IMG/VR virus record: IMGVR_UViG_3300022602_000028
Source of the DNA: a virus
Direction: 5' to 3' (one strand)
Length of the DNA stretch: 64,000 nucleotides
Shown here: positions 37,562-46,048 of the stretch, one piece after another
How the letters are laid out: each line of letters starts with the position of its first letter
Position numbering within the stretch: the stretch's first letter is position 1
Notes under the pieces: model-generated
What the model saw: only the letters and a program-made list of their open reading frames with translations
Databases searched by the model: none
What the model was told of the DNA's origin: nothing
Program-made: the position numbers and the translations under genes

Positions 37562-37810
37562 ATGGCTAAGAATTATAAAGACGTTAGTTATTTCGAAATC
37601 CGCCCTGATATTGTCAAAATTTTTGACGACTTAGAGTCATATTTGGATTATTGCAAACTAGAAATGTTTCCGTTTAACGAAGCAGATCTTTACAATAGAG
37701 AAAGTTGGGCTTGGAGAAATTATGAAAAACGTAATCGTCCTAAGAAGCCTTATACCGGTGAACGCAAACCACGTGGCGAATACAACCGCAGTGGAAACAA
37801 TCGTTATTAA
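37562..37810 (+). CDS. Hypothetical protein
   Basis: 82-aa ORF with RBS. Confidence 0.65.
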   Translation: MAKNYKDVSYFEIRPDIVKIFDDLESYLDYCKLEMFPFNEADLYNRESWAWRNYEKRNRPKKPYTGERKPRGEYNRSGNNRY

Positions 37811-37812
37811 TA

Positions 37813-38913
37813 ATGACAATTTTTCTAGTTGATTTAGAAGCCGTAGATACAAGGTACACGGGTCAGTGGAAGACTCATGTACCTAATCTCTTACGAAAGG
37901 CAGGACACAATGTTCAAATTCTATCTGGGCCTACGGATATTCCTACAGCCACTACTCCTGGTGCTTTTCTTAATTTTGGTGGCACCAATATATACAAGTC
38001 TAGTCAAGTTGAACAAATGGGCAGGCTTTTTTGCTCCGGATCAGTACAGCCTGGCGATCACTTCTTGTTTACCGATGCTTGGCATCCTGGCATCATAAAC
38101 TTAAAGTACATGAGTGAGCTATTGGGAATTCCAGTAGTTACACATGGCTTATGGCATGCCGGCAGTTATGATCCTCAAGACTTTTTAGGAAGACTTGTTG
38201 GTGCTAAACCCTGGGTTAGACATGCAGAACAAAGTTTTTATCATGCTTTTGATCATAATTACTTTGCTACTAAGTTCCATATGGAACTGTTCTTTAGAGA
38301 ATTACTCAACGGAGGATTTCAAAATGAAAATCCTTGGTACGAAGAAGATCTAGAAGAAGTATTATCCAGCAAATTTCCTAAGATGCAACAAACAGGCTGG
38401 CCTATGGAATATATGGAAGATACATTGCTAGCATATAAAAATATGCCCAAACGTGATCTAATTCTTTTTCCGCATCGTATTGCACCTGAAAAACAAGTTG
38501 AGATTTTCAGAGACTTAGCTACACACTTACCGCAGTATGAATTTGTAGTGTGTCAGGATCAACAATTAACAAAAAACGAATATCATAACTTGTTAGGCGA
38601 AGCAAAGATGGTTTTTAGTGCTAACTTACAAGAAACTTTAGGCATTAGTTGCTATGAAGGTGCGGTGGTTGATGCTATTCCCATGGTGCCGGATAGGCTT
38701 AGTTATACCGAGATGTATTACGATGGATTTAAGTATCCAAGTAAATGGACTGAAAGTTATGACGCTTATACCGTATATCGTCCAGACGTATGTCGTAAGA
38801 TAATGGAACATATGGATAATTATTCTACAAGAATTCATATGATCCGAAAACAAGCAAAGGATTTACATGACAATTTCTTCTCCGCAAACAGTTTGTTGGA
38901 CAGGCTCAACTGA
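37813..38913 (+). CDS. Glycosyltransferase (GT-B-like)
   Basis: FPHRIAPEKQ, SANLQETLGISCYEG...PMVPD resemble the GT-B nucleotide-sugar-binding C domain. Confidence 0.7.
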   Translation: MTIFLVDLEAVDTRYTGQWKTHVPNLLRKAGHNVQILSGPTDIPTATTPGAFLNFGGTNIYKSSQVEQMGRLFCSGSVQPGDHFLFTDAWHPGIINLKYMSELLGIPVVTHGLWHAGSYDPQDFLGRLVGAKPWVRHAEQSFYHAFDHNYFATKFHMELFFRELLNGGFQNENPWYEEDLEEVLSSKFPKMQQTGWPMEYMEDTLLAYKNMPKRDLILFPHRIAPEKQVEIFRDLATHLPQYEFVVCQDQQLTKNEYHNLLGEAKMVFSANLQETLGISCYEGAVVDAIPMVPDRLSYTEMYYDGFKYPSKWTESYDAYTVYRPDVCRKIMEHMDNYSTRIHMIRKQAKDLHDNFFSANSLLDRLN

Positions 38914-39274
38914 TTATGCTAGTAGTTACTCTCCTTGCGTGATTACAATTACTGCTCCAACTAGTGGATACTCTCTTTCATCGGATACTATTACGATTAG
39001 TAATACATGTTATTCTCCCACGCATACTATTAGTACGTTTGGCACAGGTATAGCATCGTTAACTACTGCTCAACTTAATAGTATAGGTACATCCGATACC
39101 TTTACGTTTCATTTGCCTGAAGATTGGAAAGATCAATTTCCCAATTGGTCAGAAGTGCAGAAAATGTGCGAAGAATATCCTGGTTTAAAAATAGCATTTG
39201 AAAAATTTAAAACAACTTATTTACTAGTAAAAAATCATTATGACACTCCAGAAGATCAAAGACCACGTCCTTAA
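38867..39274 (+). CDS. Hypothetical protein (Ser/Thr-rich N-terminus)
   Basis: C-terminal KMCEEYPGLKIAFEKF pattern. Confidence 0.55.
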   Translation: MTISSPQTVCWTGSTDYASSYSPCVITITAPTSGYSLSSDTITISNTCYSPTHTISTFGTGIASLTTAQLNSIGTSDTFTFHLPEDWKDQFPNWSEVQKMCEEYPGLKIAFEKFKTTYLLVKNHYDTPEDQRPRP

Positions 39275-39731
39275 TTGGCTCGAACGCCATGACCGTAAAC
39301 GTATCATTATGGATCGTACAGAAAACGAACCATATCTCGAACGTTACTATGTTCTATTCAAAGAACGTGTAACATTCCCTTACAACGTATTTTTACACAA
39401 GTTCTTAAAATCAGATCCAGATGATGTTCACGATCATCCATGGAACTACTTTACTATCATTCTTGCTGGCGGTTACTATGAGTGGATTGCTCAGTTTAAT
39501 GAAGATGGTACAAAGAGCTGTGAAGTAAGAGTGTGGCGTGGGCCTGGTAGTTTCCGTTTTGGTAACACACATACCTTTCACCGTATTGAATTAAAAGAAG
39601 GCGTTACTCCATGGACATTGTTCTTTGTGGGCAAACGCCAACGTGAGTGGGGATTTTTAGTTAGAAATAAATGGATCCACTTCGAAAAATATTTAAGTGA
39701 TAGAAAGAATGGCCTACTTCCCAACAACTAA
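39240..39731 (+). CDS. Cupin (double-stranded beta-helix) protein
   Basis: VHDHPW...GYYEW...FHRIEL metal-binding pattern. Confidence 0.75.
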   Translation: MTLQKIKDHVLNWLERHDRKRIIMDRTENEPYLERYYVLFKERVTFPYNVFLHKFLKSDPDDVHDHPWNYFTIILAGGYYEWIAQFNEDGTKSCEVRVWRGPGSFRFGNTHTFHRIELKEGVTPWTLFFVGKRQREWGFLVRNKWIHFEKYLSDRKNGLLPNN

Positions 39732-40095
39732 TACATCTGCTACTTCAGTATATACTAATGGTACCGGTACAACTACTGTACCATATGGCGGTTATTTAAC
39801 ATCGACTGGAACTAACACTATTTGGACCACTAATACAAGCGTTCCAAATAGCGAAGTGATGAGGATTAATCAAACTGATCCGCCTACGATAGAAGTTAAA
39901 GGTAATATGGTTATCAATGGCCGCGATCTGGAAGAACGGTTAGAGACAATCGAAAAAGTCTTGAATATTCCAGAAAGAGATGTTATACTAGAACATAAAC
40001 ATCCAAAGCTCAAAGAACTGTACGATGCGTACATAAATGCTTTGGGCAAATATAGAACATTTGAAGCAATTAAAGGAGATGAAGATGCAAGTTGA
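39709..40095 (+). CDS. Hypothetical protein
   Basis: Thr-rich N-terminus; DLEERLETIEKVL coiled coil. Confidence 0.65.
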   Translation: MAYFPTTNTSATSVYTNGTGTTTVPYGGYLTSTGTNTIWTTNTSVPNSEVMRINQTDPPTIEVKGNMVINGRDLEERLETIEKVLNIPERDVILEHKHPKLKELYDAYINALGKYRTFEAIKGDEDAS

Positions 40096-40324
40096 ACAAT
40101 TACACGAATCAGTTAAAGATACTTATAAAGAGACGATTATCAAAGAACACGAAGGCTTTCGTCTTGTTTTAAAAAAACACGAAGTACTAAATCCTAAAGG
40201 ATTGTTTAGTGTCAATTTAGAACAACAATCACTAAAAGACGGTGAGGTCACAGATACTGCTGTTTATAATTTCTTTATGACTCAAGATGAAATGACAACA
40301 TTAGCATCTGCATTGACAGTATGA
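40085..40324 (+). CDS. Hypothetical protein
   Basis: GGAG RBS before ATG 40085. Confidence 0.6.
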   Translation: MQVEQLHESVKDTYKETIIKEHEGFRLVLKKHEVLNPKGLFSVNLEQQSLKDGEVTDTAVYNFFMTQDEMTTLASALTV

Positions 40325-40818
40325 AGAAAGTTTACTATACCTGGCAACAAGTCGAAGGAGCGGTATTAGATATCGCTCGCCAGATGTCAGCACACGATTG
40401 GAAGCCTGACTATATTGTAGGTATAACCCGCGGTGGACTTGTGCCAGCTAACTTGCTAAGCCAGTACACTGGCATTAAAATGAACAGTTTAGACATTAGT
40501 CTACGAGACGGTGGCGACTGTGTTAGTAATTGTAGCATGAGCGAAGACGCATACGAAGGTAAAAAGATTCTAGTTGTTGATGATATTAATGATCAAGGAT
40601 CTACCGTCGCGTGGATTAAAAAAGATTGGCAAAACAGTTGCTTGCCTGGCGAAACACAATGGCAACATGTATGGGGAGACAATGTCAGGTTTGCAGTATT
40701 AACTCATAATTTATCTAGTCAATTTAAAGATCCAGATTACTATGTCTGGACTGTAAACAAGACAGAAGAAGATTGTTGGTTAGTTTATCCTTGGGAGGAA
40801 TTTTGGTTATGTCGTTAA
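40321..40818 (+). CDS. Type I phosphoribosyltransferase (xanthine/guanine PRTase-like)
   Basis: IVGITRGG, ILVVDDINDQGST PRPP loop, WLVYPWE. Confidence 0.85.
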   Translation: MKKVYYTWQQVEGAVLDIARQMSAHDWKPDYIVGITRGGLVPANLLSQYTGIKMNSLDISLRDGGDCVSNCSMSEDAYEGKKILVVDDINDQGSTVAWIKKDWQNSCLPGETQWQHVWGDNVRFAVLTHNLSSQFKDPDYYVWTVNKTEEDCWLVYPWEEFWLCR

Positions 40819-41009
40819 CAAGCAGTTTAATTAGATTAGCATTTGGTATTATATTCATTATCATTGCTATTTCATTGGGACCTATCATAGGTATATGGGC
40901 GTTGAATACATTATTTCCGGCATTGCATATTCCATTAACATGGGAAACTTGGGCCGCTTTTAATATCTTATTCAGCGGATCATTAATTAAATTTGGTACT
41001 GGAAAATGA
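40809..41009 (+). CDS. Small membrane protein
   Basis: Two hydrophobic segments. Confidence 0.6.
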   Translation: MSLTSSLIRLAFGIIFIIIAISLGPIIGIWALNTLFPALHIPLTWETWAAFNILFSGSLIKFGTGK

Positions 41010-41173
41010 AAGAACTAACTGTACAAGAAATTAAGGACAAAATTGTCCAAGCTACACAAGATATCGCCAGAATGAGATCCGATGGCGTAACTAAACAAGC
41101 TGAAGTGTTAGATTCATATTTAGAATATTTGCAAGATCAGCTTAAAGAAGCAGAACAAAATGGAAACAGTTAA
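41006..41173 (+). CDS. Small hypothetical protein (55 aa), not in the ORF track
   Basis: ATGA-coupled: MKELTVQEIKDKIVQ...EAEQNGNS. Confidence 0.55.
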   Translation: MKELTVQEIKDKIVQATQDIARMRSDGVTKQAEVLDSYLEYLQDQLKEAEQNGNS

Positions 41174-41372
41174 TTCAGTTTATGAGATCCGCATAGATTG
41201 GAATAATCAAAGAAATAGCTGGTGGAATGAAGTGTGTGCAGATATTATGGAAGTTTTTGGTCTGCCTGGTTTAAAATATACAAGTCATCCATATGAAACT
41301 TGTATGCTATTTCGTTTTAAATCAAAAAAGGATTATCATTTATGCAAGATTCTACTATCAGACAAAATTTAG
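41160..41372 (+). CDS. Hypothetical protein
   Basis: 70-aa ORF in a coupled array. Confidence 0.55.
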   Translation: METVNSVYEIRIDWNNQRNSWWNEVCADIMEVFGLPGLKYTSHPYETCMLFRFKSKKDYHLCKILLSDKI

Positions 41373-41545
41373 ACGCCGTAGTAGCACTGATATTTGCAGT
41401 ATGTGCCGTTGCATTTGCTATATGGTGGAACTTGGATCATCCGCATATAACTGTAAAATATGATTGTTCAATAGCTGAGATAAGTCCAGACTATCCTATA
41501 CAAGTTAAAGAAGCTTGTAGAAAACTTCGAGCACAAAATAATTGA
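41342..41545 (+). CDS. Small membrane protein
   Basis: One TM helix, then YDC..AEISPD.P..VK..CR. Confidence 0.6.
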   Translation: MQDSTIRQNLDAVVALIFAVCAVAFAIWWNLDHPHITVKYDCSIAEISPDYPIQVKEACRKLRAQNN

Positions 41546-41571
41546 CAACGACCTAAATAAACCTATATAAT
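41542..41571 (+). promoter_or_regulatory. Sigma70-type promoter with a nested TAAATA late motif
   Basis: TTGACA(41542)-N18-TATAAT(41566); TAAATA at 41554-41559. Confidence 0.65.
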
Positions 41572-41588
41572 AGTACAAAGGAATACTT

Positions 41589-42347
41589 ATGACAGAATCA
41601 CAAACATATAAATTTGAGACAGGGTTAGATGCTATGGCAGGCGACGGCGGTTACGAAGAAGCATATCTAGGAGATCATCTTCGATTTAAAATGAAACGAG
41701 AAGGCAAACGCTTTTGGGCTGGCGATAACATCAGCGAATATGTTACAGAAGAATTTAAAGAAAAACTAATCGACGAAGCAACAGAAGCATTTGAAACCGT
41801 GCTAGATAGATTGCTTATTGATCGTGAAAACGATCCTAATAGCAAAGGCACAGCTCGTCGCCTTGCTAAGATGTATTTTAATGAAGTAATGAGTGGCAGA
41901 TATGACCCAGCACCAGACGCAACAGCATTTCCAAACGATGGCGAAGACAGATACGAAGGTATGTTGGTGGTACGCAGTGAGCTCCGCTCTATGTGCAGTC
42001 ATCATCATCAGCCCGTTACTGGTGTCGCTTACATTGGCATCATTGCCGCACAAAAACTTATTGGTTTGTCTAAGTATACTCGTATTGCTCAGTGGTGTGC
42101 TCGTCGCGGGACTCTCCAGGAAGAGTTGTGTAACGATATTGCTAGGGAAATCCAAAAAGCAACAGAAGCAAGAGATTTAGGTGTGTATATTCAAATGACA
42201 CACGGATGCTGTGAGAATCGTGGTATTATGGCCAAGAGTAGTTTGACACAAACTACAGTACTCAAAGGTGCGTTCAAAGACGACCACGGTACAAAGAAAG
42301 AATTCTTTGATAATATTAAAATGCAACAGGAATACGCTTCCAAATGA
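41589..42347 (+). CDS. folE: GTP cyclohydrolase I
   Basis: TARRLAKMY, SMCSHHHQP, GLSKYTR, QEEL, HGCCENRG. Confidence 0.95.
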   Translation: MTESQTYKFETGLDAMAGDGGYEEAYLGDHLRFKMKREGKRFWAGDNISEYVTEEFKEKLIDEATEAFETVLDRLLIDRENDPNSKGTARRLAKMYFNEVMSGRYDPAPDATAFPNDGEDRYEGMLVVRSELRSMCSHHHQPVTGVAYIGIIAAQKLIGLSKYTRIAQWCARRGTLQEELCNDIAREIQKATEARDLGVYIQMTHGCCENRGIMAKSSLTQTTVLKGAFKDDHGTKKEFFDNIKMQQEYASK

Positions 42348-42691
42348 TATACCACACGCCGGCTGAAGGTATTATGCAATCTCATGATTGGGGTAAGAGT
42401 AAAGTCTACCGAGTTGCTTGCGAATGCGGTGCTTCGGAGCATGATCATCATGTATGGGTAGAAGCCGACGACCGAGGCGAAGTCAGTGTTACTGTTTATA
42501 CAACTGTACGAAGCAATTGGTGGAGCAAGGATCGGTGGCATGCTATTTGGTCATTGTTAACAAAAGGCTACGTCGACACAGAGTCTACTCTAATTATGAA
42601 TAAACAACAAGCATTTAACTATGCTCATACATTATCGAGTGCCGTCGAAGATGTAGAACAATTCAAAGAGGAACAGAATGCAGAACGCTAA
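42344..42691 (+). CDS. Hypothetical protein
   Basis: ATG at 42344-42346 on the + strand (ORF track label - is wrong); CECG...H pattern. Confidence 0.65.
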   Translation: MIYHTPAEGIMQSHDWGKSKVYRVACECGASEHDHHVWVEADDRGEVSVTVYTTVRSNWWSKDRWHAIWSLLTKGYVDTESTLIMNKQQAFNYAHTLSSAVEDVEQFKEEQNAER

Positions 42692-42908
42692 ACAAATAAC
42701 TGATGAATTAATTTACCGTATGAAAAATACAGAAATGCAATGGTTTGAAATTAAAAGAGAAGTAGAACCAAACTGGTTGCCAAACGGTACTGTTCCGTTT
42801 GATGTAAAGGCAAGTAAAGGTGTTGCTACATTTAGTGTTTATGCATCTTCATTGCAGGATGCAGAAGATCAAGTAAGTAGATATTTAGAGAAAGATGAAG
42901 ATGAGTAA
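42678..42908 (+). CDS. Hypothetical protein
   Basis: 76-aa coupled ORF. Confidence 0.6.
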   Translation: MQNAKQITDELIYRMKNTEMQWFEIKREVEPNWLPNGTVPFDVKASKGVATFSVYASSLQDAEDQVSRYLEKDEDE

Positions 42909-43752
42909 AATTAAAATTGCAGAATTATTTTATAGTGTACAAGGCGAAGGACGTTACATGGGTGTACCGTCTGTTTTCTTACGTACATTTGGTTGTAACT
43001 TTAAGTGTGCAGGCTTTGGCATGCCTCGAGGCGAACTAAGCACAGAAGCAGAAGATATTGCTAGTGTTGTACATTTATATAACAAATATGAAGATTTGCC
43101 ACTAGTATCAACCGGTTGTGATAGCTATGCTAGTTGGCATCCTAGCTTTAAAGACCTTAGTCCAATGCTTACTACAGATGCTATAGCAGATCGTATTACA
43201 GAAATTATTCCATATAACGAATGGCAAGACGAGCATCTAGTTATTACAGGCGGAGAACCGTTGTTAGGATGGCAACGTGCTTATCCTGATTTGTTGGATC
43301 ATCCTAAGATGTCCGGTTTAAAAGAAATTACGTTCGAAACAAATGGTACTCAACAATTAACTACAGAATTTAAACATTATTTGAGTGTATGGAAAGGTTT
43401 ACCTCGTCAACAGAGAGAAATTACATTCAGTGTAAGTGCAAAATTACCGGCAAGTGGTGAATCTTGGGAAGATGCAATTAAACCCGAAATAGTATGTGAA
43501 TACGAACAAGTTGGTACAGCATATCTTAAATTTGTTGTTGCTACAGAACAAGATATCGAGGATGCAGAACGTGCAGTAGATGCGTTTAAATCGGCAGGAT
43601 TCAAAGGACACATTTATCTAATGCCAGTAGGCGGTGTAGAAAGTGTGTATACATTAAATGCTAAAAATGTAGCATTAGCGGCTATGAAACGTGGGTGGCG
43701 TTACAGTGACCGTTTACAAGTTCCACTCTTTAAAAACGAATGGGGTACCTAA
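42901..43752 (+). CDS. queE: 7-carboxy-7-deazaguanine synthase (radical SAM)
   Basis: ELFYSVQGEG, FLRTFGCNFKC...GCDS, ITGGEP, ETNGT, SVSAK, RLQVPL. Confidence 0.88.
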   Translation: MSKIKIAELFYSVQGEGRYMGVPSVFLRTFGCNFKCAGFGMPRGELSTEAEDIASVVHLYNKYEDLPLVSTGCDSYASWHPSFKDLSPMLTTDAIADRITEIIPYNEWQDEHLVITGGEPLLGWQRAYPDLLDHPKMSGLKEITFETNGTQQLTTEFKHYLSVWKGLPRQQREITFSVSAKLPASGESWEDAIKPEIVCEYEQVGTAYLKFVVATEQDIEDAERAVDAFKSAGFKGHIYLMPVGGVESVYTLNAKNVALAAMKRGWRYSDRLQVPLFKNEWGT

Positions 43753-43889
43753 TGTTTGAAATGATTATAGCACTACTATTGGTAACAATATTTGCAGTAT
43801 GTGTTATTGCGTTTACTAAAGGTTCTAAATCTCTTTGTACAGGAAACTGCTATCAAGGAAGACGTTGCGATTGCAAGGATGAAAAATGA
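43752..43889 (+). CDS. Small membrane-anchored Cys-rich peptide (45 aa), not in the ORF track
   Basis: TAATG-coupled; TM helix then CTGNCYQGRRCDC. Confidence 0.6.
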   Translation: MFEMIIALLLVTIFAVCVIAFTKGSKSLCTGNCYQGRRCDCKDEK

Positions 43890-44317
43890 AAAATTTAATT
43901 AAAAAATGGTTTGGTATCGATAAGTTAGAAGAAAACTTAAAGATGCTTAAAGAAATGGAAGCAAAGGCTATAGCCTCAACTGCTGAAGCACAGGTTGCCG
44001 AACAAGAAGCAAAAATGACTCCAAAAGAACGTGCTACTGAAAGAGGAGAAGCATGGGTAGGAGTTTTGGATACTAAAATTAATCCAGAAAATGTGCGGAA
44101 TGGCTTCTTTGAGCTTGACTGGAATAATGAATTTATAGTACAATTGAAACAAGCTGGTTATGGATTCGATGGCGATCCTGACGAATATATTGTTGATCGT
44201 TGGTTTCGTGATTTAGCCGGAAACATGCTAGCAGAGGCAGGACAAGATCCTACAAGATCTAGTGCTGGTTTTATCAATGTAAATAAACTCGGTAACGGGA
44301 AAGCATCAGTCGAATGA
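43886..44317 (+). CDS. Hypothetical protein
   Basis: 143 aa; FFELDWN..F motif. Confidence 0.7.
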   Translation: MKNLIKKWFGIDKLEENLKMLKEMEAKAIASTAEAQVAEQEAKMTPKERATERGEAWVGVLDTKINPENVRNGFFELDWNNEFIVQLKQAGYGFDGDPDEYIVDRWFRDLAGNMLAEAGQDPTRSSAGFINVNKLGNGKASVE

Positions 44318-45300
44318 CACACATTATAGTCGATACAGCTAACACATTTTTTCGTGCTAGACACGTAGTTCAAGGCTCTGCTGATATCAAACTTGGCATG
44401 GCATTTCATATCACGCTTAATAGTATTAAAAAGGCATGGCATGATTTTGGTGGCACTCATGTAGTATTCTGTCTTGAAGGTAGGTCGTGGCGCAAGGACT
44501 ATTATAAGCCTTACAAAGCAAACAGGCAAGAAACTCGTGCGGCTATGACTGTCAAAGAGCAAGAGGAAGACAAGCTATTCTGGGAAGCGTTTGACGAATT
44601 TAAAAATTTTATTACAGAAAAAACTAATGCTACAGTAATGCAACATCCTAACTTAGAAGCGGATGATTTGATTGCAGGCTGGATACAAACACATCCAGAT
44701 ACCAAGCATGTCATTATTTCAACAGATGGAGATTTTGCACAGTTAGTAAGTCCAACTGTTAGCCAATATAATGGTGTAGGCGATTTACATATTACACACG
44801 AAGGTATCTTTGATGCAAAAGGTAAACCCGTTAAAGACAAAAAAACAGGCGAACCAAAGCCGGCGCAAGATCCAGAGTGGATGCTATTCGAGAAATGTAT
44901 GCGTGGTGATACCAGTGATAATGTCTTCTCGGCGTATCCAGGTGTGCGTACTAAAGGTTCTAAAAACAAAGTTGGTCTTACTGAAGCGTTCGAAGATCGT
45001 AAAGCCAAAGGATTTGCGTGGAACAATCTCATGCTTCAGAGATGGGTTGACCACAATGGTTTAGAACATCGTGTCTTAGAAGATTATCAACGTAATGTAC
45101 AGTTATGTGATTTGACTGCACAACCTGATGATATTAAGGTTAAAATTAAAGAAACAATTACAGCTAACGCAGTACCTAAAGCAGTAGATCAAGTGGGTAT
45201 TCGTATGCTAAAATTCTGTAATGCATGGGATATGAAAAAGATTGCAGAAAATATACAATCTTATGCAGAACCATTTCAAGCAAAATATAAGGAAGAATAA
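44314..45300 (+). CDS. rnh: 5'-3' exonuclease / T4 RNase H-like flap nuclease
   Basis: IVDTAN, EADDLIA, STDGDF, GDTSDN. Confidence 0.88.
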   Translation: MTHIIVDTANTFFRARHVVQGSADIKLGMAFHITLNSIKKAWHDFGGTHVVFCLEGRSWRKDYYKPYKANRQETRAAMTVKEQEEDKLFWEAFDEFKNFITEKTNATVMQHPNLEADDLIAGWIQTHPDTKHVIISTDGDFAQLVSPTVSQYNGVGDLHITHEGIFDAKGKPVKDKKTGEPKPAQDPEWMLFEKCMRGDTSDNVFSAYPGVRTKGSKNKVGLTEAFEDRKAKGFAWNNLMLQRWVDHNGLEHRVLEDYQRNVQLCDLTAQPDDIKVKIKETITANAVPKAVDQVGIRMLKFCNAWDMKKIAENIQSYAEPFQAKYKEE

Positions 45301-45779
45301 TGACAGACATACACGCAAAACCTATTGTAGATGGAAAATTTTGGATTGTAGAACAAGCTGGAACTAAAATTGCTACCTTACATAAAAAAGAAAACAACAA
45401 ATTTGTTTTAAGTAGTACTCAAGGCGAAGTAATGTTTAATAAGAAACAAGACTTAACTAAACAATTTGGTGATGGTTTCTTTTTAAATAATACTAAAGTA
45501 AAAGTTACACAACCTGAAGAACATGAATGTCATGGATATCCGACATTATGTGTTCCTTATAACAGTATGTATGATGTTAGACGTAAACTCCCGTTATTCA
45601 CTAAGAGTTTGCAAAGTAAAAGTTTATATTGTGCAGGATATTATATTATTAAATTTAACAAGGGCTGGGTTAAGAGTTTCTGTCCTAAAGCAATTACTAT
45701 TGAAAGATATCCATATCAAGGACCATTTATGGATAAACTAGAAATGAAAACGGTATTGGCAAATGCAAAATCCAATTAA
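45300..45779 (+). CDS. Hypothetical protein
   Basis: 159-aa coupled ORF. Confidence 0.7.
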   Translation: MTDIHAKPIVDGKFWIVEQAGTKIATLHKKENNKFVLSSTQGEVMFNKKQDLTKQFGDGFFLNNTKVKVTQPEEHECHGYPTLCVPYNSMYDVRRKLPLFTKSLQSKSLYCAGYYIIKFNKGWVKSFCPKAITIERYPYQGPFMDKLEMKTVLANAKSN

Positions 45780-46011
45780 TACTACACCAATTAGTCAGTT
45801 AATTCAACTGATAAAAGCCGCCGAATTAAGTCAAAGCAAAGAAGTTAAAATTACTATTCAACAAGCAAGAATGTTAAATTTGGCTCTTACTGAAATTTTA
45901 ATTAAAATGAATCAAGACTATGAAAGTATGTATAACGCATTAAAGGCTAGTGTAAGCTCTGAAGTTGTTACAGTACAATTAGACGGTGGTGACTTCGGTA
46001 ACACAGAATAA
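45763..46011 (+). CDS. Hypothetical protein
   Basis: 82-aa ORF. Confidence 0.65.
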   Translation: MQNPINTTPISQLIQLIKAAELSQSKEVKITIQQARMLNLALTEILIKMNQDYESMYNALKASVSSEVVTVQLDGGDFGNTE

Positions 46012-46015
46012 AAGA

Positions 46016-46021
46016 TAAATA
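46016..46021 (+). promoter_or_regulatory. TAAATA late-type promoter
   Basis: About 28 nt before ATG 46049, abutting an 8-bp hairpin. Confidence 0.55.
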
Positions 46022-46048
46022 TATGCGTATATTACCAGGACGCATATT

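Noticed and set aside
42344-42691. ORF-track label of - strand
   Set aside because: ATG ATA TAC CAC at 42344 reads on the + strand, coupled to folE
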